From NCBI GenBank assembly GCA_002633005.1, contig NMRA01001055.1:1-62584 (forward strand): DNA of 62,584 nucleotides. The letters run 5' to 3'. The notes under the pieces are model-generated. The model saw nothing but the letters and a program-made list of their open reading frames with translations, ran no database searches and was not told the origin of the DNA. The stretch comes from Phoronis australis. Taxonomy: Eukaryota > Animalia > Phoronida. Positions 40,401 through 52,400 of this stretch are shown one piece after another. Each line of letters opens with the position of its first letter. The first letter of the stretch is position 1. Position numbers and translations under genes: made by a program.

Positions 40401-43400
40401 GATTACCCAAAAAACAAGCGGAAGTGAAAGCTGCAGCTGCTGATCTTGAGTGTCAGTTTCTTCGAATAGGTCGCGTGCTTGACGTTCGTTGGGTGGCAAG
40501 CAGTTTCAGAACGGTAAAGGCAGTGTGGAGATCATTGAACGCACTACATCAACATTTCTAGTTAGACAGCGAAGACAGAAACCGTCAATCAACTGATCGA
40601 AGCCTGTTTTTGGGATTACTGCAATACTTGAAAAGTCCCACCTTAATTCAAAATCTTGCGCTGATGCGTGATGTGCCAGAAGCGCTGTCAAAGCCTTTCT
40701 GTGGATCTATAATGCAGAACCAAAACAATGCCGCAAGCAGACAAGCTTATTCGTCGCGTGGTCAAGTCTATGGTTGATAATCCCGGGCAGGCATTCGCCA
40801 TTGAACTGACATGCATTGAAGAGAAGAGGTTTGGGTCGCTGGAACTGAAGGAAACCCTTAAAAGACTACCGTGACCATACGCCCTGGTCAGTTTATTCAA
40901 AGTTTTGTTGTGAAACTGGAACGGCGTTTACTTGACAATGATGAACAGTCAATTTGCTCTTGTAGGGGCATCTTGGAATCCAAAACGCGCCGATGGGATC
41001 CGGGATAACACATGACGAGCACAAAGTCAGGCGTATTTGCGAACGGTTTGGGCTGGTTGCCACAATGGCAATCAGGGGAATGCGCAGTTAGTAGAAATGG
41101 AGGAAACGGTCAGAATAAAGAACCTACCAAGTGCTCTGCGACAACTGGACCTCTGTATTAAGAATCATCCTTGCAGTACGACTGAATGTGAACGAGGATT
41201 TAGCGAAATGAATCGGATGGTAAAAGGTTCTCGCTCTTGTTTGCTATTAGAAATTACTTCCAGCTTCCGTATGCCGAATCTTGGATTCGAAAACACAGAA
41301 CTGCTGATCAATCGAGATCATGTGACTTGGAAAAGAACAAAACTTAGATGAAATAAGTATTTGGACGATTCTGTAACTAAGCACTCTATTTATGGACTGG
41401 CCACTAGTACCTAGTATTTTGCTGACTTTGAAAAATAAGAACAGTTTCTAGCAATAAACCCACACTTCAAGTTTGTGCATTATGCATTAACGCATGCACG
41501 TGTGCGCATTGTACATAGTATTTGTTCGGCTCATTAAAATATCAGTGCTTGTGTAACATCGTGTTCGTGTAATTAGTCTTTGAAGAGTACGAAGTGACAT
41601 AATCTCACCGAGTAATGAAGTTTTTTTATTAATATTTCAAGATAAAGTAACATTTATTGCGTCACACCATAGGATTATAAAGGGAGATCGAAGTGACCCG
41701 AGGACACACCCCACGGGCGACTAAAAATCGCCACCAAATATCATTTCTAGGCGTTACTTTTGCCTTCCAATATGTGTGGTTGGATCCCCTTTCCCCGCCA
41801 TCCTAGATCGGCTAATATATATTCTAAATACCCACTCCTGAGTAAAAAATAGGCCTACATTTTTGTGAGTCGGGCAATGATGTAGTGGGGCGTAGGTGCA
41901 TGTAGGCGCAGCCAAAAACCTTTTTGCATTTGAACGTAGCGCCTACGCACAGTAAGTTACGTTCAGTGCTCAAGGTGATGCGGTGGGTTCTGGGCGCCTA
42001 CTTACCTCTTTACCACTACAGTACTGCTGTTGTATGGGTAACAGTTTTATTGGTTTCCTTATACATGTACAGATTTTGAACGTTTTTCATGTGAGCCATG
42101 CGTAGAATGAAAATTTAAAAAAAAACATACAAAATATGTGGACATACACAACGGACTTCCACCTGTGCCAGTAAGTGAAGCATTACTGCGTCTATACATG
42201 TGTGTAAAACACTTGAGTGGGGCATTTTCCTTAGTTTTCAGGTATACACCTGTACCCGCAAGTGCTTAAATGCAATGGGTTACGATTTCCTTTGTTTACT
42301 CGGAACAGTTGGTTTATTTTTCTTGTTTAGAAGTAAAGTGGATGACTATGTGCAGAATAAAGATACGACATACAGTGTATTCTCAAGCATTTGAATAATT
42401 GCTAATGGCAATCTGATTATTTTTTGTATTATTGGAGTGCTTGAAGTCCCATTAATTTCCACATATGAAGTTTGCCAAAATTGGAATTTTCTGGGATCGT
42501 AAATTCCTAAGAAAAATACGCCACATACAAAGTGATATCCAGAAGTAGGCGCATTGGTACATGGTCACTTTTGAACTAGCATGGATGAAATCAATTTGTA
42601 AAATTTTCAAAATAGAGGACCAAATTGGTTACAATAGCAACTGGTGTCCCAGTTGCTAAGGACTAACCCTTATAATCATGACGACCACGTGTAGCGTACG
42701 TAATGATTAAGATAAATCATGATGATTAACAAAAATCAATTAGAGTACGTTCTGTATCATTTTGTATGCTGCAGCATACTGTCTGTACCGTTCTCACCTT
42801 TCTTACCGAGAGTGTCATATACATGTATCTCTTTTAACACGCACAATTGCTGAACGCAACAAAATATCCGCTGGTTAAAATAAATGTAGTTGCTTCGTTG
42901 GTAAATCTATCTAATTTTAGACAATTTCCTTTCACCCACTGACTTAAAGAGTTCCCACCATGAACCTGTGTCTCAAAAAGAAATTTTATTATTACATCAT
43001 AACAGATTTAATGGCCTTTAGTACACCTGTTGCTACGAAACAATCTACGAATTTTAAAAATATATTTTTCTGTTACCGAGTTTGTACGCAATGGGTGGAA
43101 GACCGCCTCAGCCGTAGTTGTTTTACCAGTGCGATACTGAGGAGTTGTGAAGAACGTCCGCGGAGAGACGCCTTTTTCAGACATGAAAAGCTGCGTTTGT
43201 GGAAACTGTGGTAACAACAACTTGACTGTGAACGTCTCTGTGTTCAAATTTGCTAAATACGTGAAAGTTGCACAGAAATAGCATCGGTTTGTCATGGGCG
43301 GCGCACCATAGGGACCTGGGGTAGGGCTATAGCCCCCACTTTTTCAGGGCTAAGCCGCCCATGGTCTATAGGCGGTGCATAATAATTGTCCAATTCTCGC

Positions 43401-46400
43401 CTAATATTGTCATTGTCTTCTGACCTGCAGTGTTCCGACATTGCAGATGATTGTCAAGCGGCCAACCGTCTTCCACCCATTGCATCATTTGGCGGGAAAC
43501 TTAGAAATAAGTAATTTTTCTTCAAAATTAAAAAAGTTGCCACTATTTGACATAAAAGTGCCTATTTAGCAAGATTTTATGGTATTCGATTCATATTAGC
43601 TAACTGAAACCTGAAAAAGTAAGAAAATGCATGGTGGGAACTCTTTAAAACAGACCACTCGCTTTCATTTACTCGAGCTGCTTAAGCAGCAATTGGTATT
43701 GTCTGCAGTTTCAATACTTGTTGTAGACAGGCAACACTCCCCTGCACATAGCGTCTTCGTATGGCCGGCTAGAAGTTGCAGAACTTCTTATTAAAAATGA
43801 TGTTGATGCCACGGTTCTTAATCAGGTAAGATGACATGGTCAATATTTGTTATTCTACATGTGTCTATCTTTGATTTAGTGAAAGATATTACTGTGTATA
43901 ACGCCGCTGCAAAGCATTGGACATTTGTCAGTGGTGAGGTAACCAGTTATTCCCAATTACATAAAACAATATAATTTTATATGTAAACATTGTTGTTCGA
44001 ATGCTTGTGGAATTTATTACCAAAGTATTTGTATGTTATTTCTGGTATAATGGAACGTCAACTTTTATTGCTGATAAAGTCGTTTTTACTCGTCTCACAA
44101 CAAGAAGAATAAACACCAAACGACTTTTTACACGTAATTTTCAACGAATTTACAATAGTCATTTATGTTGCTGCCGGGTCTTATCGTGTACGCATGGTAA
44201 ATTTTGAGAATTGATAGTTAAAAGAAGTTATTCTTTGCAGTGAATATATCCAATCCATTCTACACTCTGTTCACCTTCTGTCTCTTATTTCTCATTTGAT
44301 TATACACGTAAGTATCCACACTGTATTCAAGTCAAGTGCTTCATAAAGTCCGTGCTTCAAGTAAATTCATATGAATTGAGTTAACCTGCTTAACCCGCAA
44401 GTTGGGCTCTCAATTCTTGTTTTGCAGAATTTGCAAACAGCTATCGATGTCATTGGCACTGAGTGTGACGTGTATTTGAACTATGTCGAACCTGAGATTC
44501 TCCAGCAAATAAGGATAATCCTGGAGGTATGTGGTGTTAAAAACGATGTTACCATGACAATATCACTGTTTATGTCATTCATGTCTTGATCGTCTTGTCA
44601 CTATCCCCATGATGAAGGAATTGTATTAACGTTTCCATTAATCATCGAACCTCCAAGAGCAGCACAACTCTGGTATGGGGTGTCTCACAGTAGGACATAC
44701 ATGTACACGTAGGAGTTACATGTACATGTATGTACTGTGAAAGCGTCAACGCTTAATATTAATTATGCCTATGTAAGACTCTATGTTGAACTTTCATGTT
44801 ATTCTGATTTGGGTTCCAAATTTTGCTCACACTGTAGTCACACACATTATTATGTTGCAGAGGTGACAAACACTTATATCTTCACGCCAGCATTAATGAA
44901 TGGGAATATTGTTGTGTTGTTTCCGTTGGTGGCGTTTAAGAGAAATCATAATTGCCACGCGTAAGGGAAAGTATTCTGTTTGAAACTCCTTGCAGACGGA
45001 GCAGTATTCAGGCTACATGATGAAACCAACAAATGTCATGCACAAAAACTAATAACGCTTCCTTACTGTATTTATTTTATAAACGTTTGAATGGTTATAA
45101 ATATAGATCTGGCGGGTTTGTGGTCTGTCAGTGCCACATATAACATTAATCAGCCCCCAGCTATACTCTAAATCAAGAATATGGTATACAACTGCTATTC
45201 CAAATTAACAATACGATACTGGCAGAGAAAACTTTAGAAACTAGTAAAGCAATAAACCCACAAAGCCTACTGGAATTACATCACAAAATATAATTTCACC
45301 TTCCCAAAGTAATTGTCCAAACAGATTTTACTCTTTCATCAAAAGTCTCAACAATGCATCACCAAATATTGCTCCTTAGAAAAAAGATGGCATCCTATCA
45401 AGTGACCTAAAAACAAAATCAGAAATATTAGACTCACACTTATCGTCGGTCTACACAAAGGACTATGGTACAGATAAACCTGGCAAGGGCACCACCCCCT
45501 ACAAATCCATGCATGATATATCCTTCTCCACTGACGGTACACGCAACAACTCTGAAATGGCTGAACCTCCTAGAAAGACGAGCTGAAAATAAACTGACCC
45601 TCCTGTACAAGACCGTACATAACCTGGTTGCTGTTCCGCAATCATACCTTCCACCCCAACACATCGCTAGATAACGTAAGTAACACTCGTATTACGCAAA
45701 CTCTGTCTTCCCCACTATTTGTTATCTCATCAGAAACAAAAGAGATGTTCACAGTTCCTATCTCGAATATCAATCTCACACAGTAAAACATTGTTTTTAA
45801 TTTGGCATTCAATTTAACCAGCTCTTTGTTTTGTTGTTATTTTCACAGTAATGCACACTTCAGTTGATTACTAACATGCACCAACATGTAAGGATCCATA
45901 TAACCATCGTTTTTCACAGTCGGGAAGAAGCAGAAAATGTAATACCCAACAGTTCAAGAATAACTCCAAGCGTATCAAATCTGAGACTCAAATGTTTTAT
46001 CTCGACAGCAATACGTTCACTAGTTACATTTGTTGACATCAAAACCAATACATACCATAAATATCATAAGATTTTTCTACTAGTACAATCAGTACTATCC
46101 ACGGCAAAGCGTGTATGAAGAAATGCGTCAATTGGCATCAACTAATGTGCTTGCACATAAGGCCCCTCGCAACATCATCAGAACGCTTCCATCAACTAAA
46201 AAGAGCAACTGTAGAGACAGAGTAATCTCATGGGAAAGATCAATCTAGAATGTTATTGTTTACATTCAAATCCAACACCATAACGAAACTCAATAATTTA
46301 TTCACATAAAAGGATAACGATTTGGATCAATGGCAGCAAATTGGTAGGTGTCCTATTTTTCTTGTACCCAATCATAGTGCTGTTTTTAGTTGATCTAAGC

Positions 46401-49400
46401 GTTCTGAAGATCTTGCAAGCGAACTTTTGAGCACGCGGTTTAGTTGATGCCAGTTGGTACATTTTGGGATGTACGATTTGCCGTGAATATTGAGCTAGGA
46501 AATCTGGAGGTATTTCTGGAATTTATTGTTTTCCATGTCATCAAATGTTGCCAGTGAACATGCTGCAGTCGCATAAAAAATGTGGCGCCCGGCCATATTA
46601 AATAGCAGTTGTATATCAGTCTAATTATCTTAGTACATCGTTGAGGGCTGATAAAGGTGCCTGTGGTCAGGGCATAGGTGGTCGCATTACTATTCCGCAG
46701 ACAACGTAGTTACATGTTTGTGAGAAAGTATTATATTATACGTTTAAAGAAAATTCGTTCTCATATCCAGCATGAAGACGCCGCGGCCGATGAGGTAGAG
46801 AATGTTTTGTTAGCAGCACTGAACGGTTATTTGAAGTCAAAAGCCAAAGCCATACCTGATGGTGTGTTAAACGTGGTTGTTCAAGTAAACAGGAAAGACG
46901 ACGGGACAATGGAACTTCTGAAAGTGGATCTTAATCCAAAGGGTATTTTTATGCCGACTTTTACTGTCACTGCTCGAGGAACTCTAGGGAAATCGTCATG
47001 TTTGATTTCCATTAACAAACCCACTCGCCTTATCACAAGTACTGCATTCAGTTTCATAAAGCATATGACAATGCATCCCTATATTCTGTACTTTTTCGGA
47101 TGTTAGTTATCATTCAATCCTTTCATGACCTGGGCCCGGTCTCCAATCTCCGTACTCAGACTTATACTCATACTCGAGATTTCATACTCAAAATCGTGCT
47201 CACTGGAGTCGTACTCAAAAAAGCGTATCTAATGTCGTATTTCGAGTAGACTCCAAACGTACTCAAATCTGACACTCATACTCGAGTTGCTATGGAACTC
47301 TTTATGATGTGAAATGCAAAGCCGCGCTGATTCATCGCTCCCTGTTGGAATAGACCACTCCAAGAACTAGGCCTACATTATCGTCTGCTGTCGCTACAAC
47401 TACAACAGTATGTCTATAACGTGGAATTCTGAGTGTTCTGTAACTGTTATTCATTTTTTTTAGTTTCAATAAATATTCTTATACCATTTCTTTGATACAT
47501 TTGGCATTTATTAAGCTTTACTTCTTGAGTTCCTCACCCAGTCCCGAAAATGTCTTAAGAAATATGTAACGGCTGATCACATCACATCTCTGTTGCTAAT
47601 TTAGTCTTGACATAAAACCCATTACTGTGTAGGCCTACGCTGATGTCAAACTTTGATACTGTATCTTTGTATTTTACCGGGAAGTATTAAGTGAGTTAAC
47701 ATTTGGCACGTGAGTTAAAAAACATTACTTGTGCAGGCATTCAGAGTTCACCAGTGGCAGTGAACGGTGCGAGACTTCTACTTAGAAATCGGCAAACAAA
47801 ATCTGGAATTTCATTTGGGGATTGAGGAATTATAGATGACTAAGTTATGATGAGAAATGTATCTGATAGGGAAGCGAACTGTTTTTAACTTGCCTCGTCT
47901 TTTGGAAACCCTACAAAACGTAGGCACACATACCGAAATAAGGGCAGCACAAAATTCTCACACGACTTTTCCCACAACTGCTTTCGACGCTTGTTATGAC
48001 TCGCCGAGAAGGGATTACAATGCGCCTGTTGCCAGGAAATGTAGAGGTAGNNNNNNGCTGAGATACGGTAAGAGGACTTATTTTTTTAGATTTGCTGTGT
48101 TTCTTGGTTCCCTTTCGATATTTTGTTCTCTGGCTCGTATTTATTTTCGAGTACGATTTCAAGCACACTGCCATAGCAAACTTGAAATTTGAGCATAGAC
48201 TCCGAATTTTTACTCAAAATTGTACTCGAAATATAGATGAGATACACTTCAGTTCGAGTACACTCGAAAACTGAGTACGTGCTCAAAATTTCGAGTACAG
48301 ATTTTTCGAGTATGACATTGAATACACCAAAGCTGAGTCTGTACTAGAGTTGAGTATGTAGTGTGAGTTTGAGCATGATTCGAGTCGTAGTACGGAGATC
48401 GGAGACCGGGCCCTGGTGTGTGGTTTTTTCACACCAAAATATCAAGGATAAGTTGGCAATTTTTGCTAACTTAAATCAACCTTTCTCCCTTGAACTCGGC
48501 TCCCAGGACCTCGATTGTTTCTATAACATTAAGGTAACCCTAACAAATCAACAATACCATTATGGCACATTGCTTGAAGCAAAGACAAACATAAACTAGT
48601 ATCCATGGGAATGTTCAAACTCTGACTACTGCAAGACAGGCTGTTTTACCTGTAAGCGAACAACATGGGCATACACCAAGTGAAACTGTTATTAGAAACA
48701 CATGTGAGAGCGAACTCCATACTGACGTGACTTCCAGGGACTGCTTTGCACGATATACATGTACTTGTAACCGTCGGTTATCAGCTTTTACAAGATTGTA
48801 TGTGATGTGCTTACCCTTCCGCGTAGGGTAATTTTATGTCATTGTTGCAAGTTAGTTTGGCAGTCGTTTATTATACATGTATATTTCACATCTTGCCTAC
48901 TGAGAATGGGTGTGCTTAGCCTGTGTAAATATTTACCAACAAAGACTTGCTCAAGAGTGCTAAAAACAATTCAAATTTCGTCTTCATTTCAAGTCAGAGC
49001 ATTTGTTTTGCAATGTTTATATGAAAATCATCGTGGGTGATTTTCCCGTGACTTTACAAACATATGTGTCTACATTTAAGTTTTTAATGTCAGTACCTGA
49101 TTATTTTCCGAAGTGTTGGGATTTGAAATGAAGAAATATAATTTAGGTCAAACACGTCCGTTCACCGCAATTCAAAACCTGAATGATAAAATCCGTTTTG
49201 GAACGTTCAAAGTGCAGGTATCTTTTTCACACTACCTTTAAACTAACGCACGGAACAACCCAGCTGACGTATTTTGGAAAATAGTCCTGATGCGTTGTGC
49301 TTGTTAATTTAATTCTGGGGAGAAACTTCATTGAGGACCCAGTCAGTGCCATCTTCAGGCAGTGCCGTCTTTCTAAGCCATGCATCACTAAGTTTCCTTC

Positions 49401-52400
49401 TGAGACCAAAGAGTAACTTTGAAGTCTGCCTTGGTCACGGTTTTTTAAACATTCTAAACACAATACCATGATCCAGGCAGGCCTCAAAATCACTCTTTTG
49501 GTCTCGGGAGAAACTTACATATAGCAAATATTGGTTTAGAAACAAGATACTGTATCAAACTTTTTTCATTTTCAGATAACCCTCCTTCCTTTGTACCAGT
49601 GAACCAATCACGCGACAGCGTTATTTCAGTTCACCTCCACAAATCTCTGGCCGATGGAATATCTTCAGTAGTTTTACTTTCACGGCCAGACAGAGGTCCT
49701 GTGGGGACTGGCTTCCGAGTGGGTTCCAAATACGTGATGACGAACTATCACGTGTACGCAATGCTGTGTCAAGAATTCTCCAGTAAGTACAGTCTACGTC
49801 GATAGTCGGTTGACTGACGTAGTGAAATGTACAAATGCAGAGCATATTAGGGGGCGTGAGGGGAAAAAGACTGCGCCTTCTGATTCGAGGAAATTTTTGG
49901 GTTACGGGAAGAAATTACCCTACTCTCCGGTCACCATCGGTAGCACTCCCACTCAGCTTTTGCAAACATCCATAGGCTCTGCCTTAAATAACATGATGCC
50001 TCTAACACGTGTTGTTGCAAATCATCGCCTGAACGAGTTAAAAGTGATTTGAGCCGGCATGGGAAGTTTTATCAGTTAAGGGGACGTTTTGGACTTCATG
50101 AATAGAGTTACGCCGAAGTTCAGAAATATATGGTGTAGCGCGACATGTACTCTCATACGTTCACGGAAGTGCGTAACGACTGCGGTTGTAGTTGTGAGTA
50201 TTTATATTTTTCGCGGTAATAACCAGTTTCAACCATAGCTAGTTATTGGCAGAAATACGACGCATGTTATCGATTTACTGAACAAACAACTCCGTTTCAT
50301 GCAGTGTGACGTTAACAATCCGTGAAACAGCGACATGTACTCTCATACGTTCACGGAAGTGCGTAACGACTGCGGTTGTAGTTGTGAGTATTTTTATTTT
50401 TCGCGGTAATAACCAGTTTCAACCATAGCTAGTTATTGGCAGAAATACGACGGATGTTATCGATTTACTGAACAAACAACTCCGTTTCATGCAGTGTGAC
50501 GTTAACAATCCGTGAAACAGTTACCATTAAAGCTCGCGAAGGTCTGGTTTTGCGAGACTTTTTTCATGTAATTGAGTATTGTAATACGTCGTCGTTACCC
50601 TAATAAACAGGGTACGGATTTTTTATTTCACTATCAAACAACGTTTGCATAAAAATTGGAATTATTTAGGTTTTCTATAAGTTCACCATTCTTTTTACGT
50701 GTATCAGTTGCGTTTCTTTTTAAACCGTAATTTGTTTACAAATACCTTTTTTCATGACCATTTCTGTTCGAACTGTTCTACAGGCAGTCGTCTCATTAAA
50801 TCATAGGTTGATAGTGTTGTAAATTAAAACTGAAAATAGAAGTACACATTGTTTTTTTCAACACACTATTTCACGATTGTTTTCAAAAGAATAAAATATT
50901 CGTGAATTAGTTGCTGAAGTAACTGTTTGGTCTGTCATAGTTTTGTCCACATCTGCCCATATCAAATGTATTCTGTACATCTTTGCAGGCAGAACAGGCT
51001 TAGCTATCTTCAACTTTGACAGAGGTGTCGAGCCATGTTTTCAGAATATTTCTGCCGTACCCATCGGCGCAGTGGTAGCCTACGATGAAGCACTTGACGT
51101 GGCTGTATTGGAACTAGATTTATATTCGCCACTTCCATCAGCATTTACCCACTTCAAACAGATGTCCACACTCCCGCCACCTTTGACAATGTTCAAGGCT
51201 CTAACACATGAACGCATCTTGCATTTTTGTGGACAACCAGACGGTGGTTCGAAAGTTATCAACTTACAGTGTCCTGTTGTCTCCATGGAACCCAGCGATT
51301 TTCAGAAAACGGTAAAGATATCTTAATTTCATGTCAAATAGTCACGTGTTTCTGCATCATCTGTTAAGTGGCTGCACAGCAAAACCATTCATAGTGAAGT
51401 AACTGTCGGTTTCTTTTACAAGTCAAGTCAATAACCCATTCGCAACTTCTTCAACCAAAAAATAAAACTCACAATCAATCTCAAATTACATGTAAGCAAT
51501 TGGTCAGTGAAAATAATGAAGCGGCTCCAAATAAAATTACTCAAGATCGTAAATCTCGTGAGCCTCAACGTGCAGTCAGCCTGCTCTTTTCCGTCAACTC
51601 GCAAGGCCGCCAACCTTCATGTATATGTTCCCATCGACCTACACAAACGTCAACTTACAGCCTCCGTCTACTTACACGCTCTCTATCACCTACAGCCCCA
51701 TACTTTAACTTCTTGATGTCTGTGGCATTGAACTTAAAGATGATTAAGCCGTTCACCGTCTAGAAGTCCATGCCATTTAACTTCAAGAAGTCTGTGATAT
51801 TCAGCTTGGAGAAATCTGTGACATTCAACACTTCTCCCAAAAACTCGATTGGCTTTTGTTTTGCTTTATAACCTATTGGCTTTGCCCTTTTCAGACGGCA
51901 CCCCAGTTCTTCATGACAATTATATTACACATGTACTAATGAACCGTTTTGTTCAGTTTGGTTTTTATAATATCAGTTAAAACATGCCTCTTATGGAAAC
52001 AGGCCAATAGGAAATGGTTCCTCAAATTTCCAAACCATGAGTTTTGATAAAACATGTCATCGTATTTCACACCTCCAATTTCAAAAACATAAAACTACTT
52101 TAAAATCTTTTACAACCGTACGCAATGTGATTTGTTTCTATACTTTCTTCAATCACCACATGCTGGGCTCTTAAGTTCAACACGCCCATTGTCATTAAAA
52201 GGCTCTGTGGATCGGTCCTTACAAGTGGAATATAGTGTGCTGTTATGTTTCTGATTGTTTGCGAGGTATCATCGAATAGTCTTCGTTTTAGCAAATGATC
52301 ATTAACTTTGTTGGCTTCAACTCGGTATATTTTTCTGGAAGAGTATCTGTTGAATGTGATTTTCATCTCAACAATATTTGACAGTAATTGGTGCTTTAGT

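Larger units (their letters stand above)
35817..41351 (+). pseudogene. hAT transposase pseudogene, interrupted at 36579-40023
   Basis: YPWL..GKLGC, VFRTAY..NRPF..LQKLNG, VLVDEAT, DGSSV..SGVATRL, WHCLNHRLELAV, VRWVASS and STTECERGFS; many stops and frameshifts. Confidence 0.9.
35369..42026 (+). mobile_element. hAT transposon (KIAA1586/ZNF862-like transposase class), decayed, 8-bp TSD CTGTTGTA
   Basis: TIRs cagtgctgtagtgg / ccactacagtactg; TSD at 35361-35368 and 42027-42034; subterminal taggcgcagcc repeats. Confidence 0.93.
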
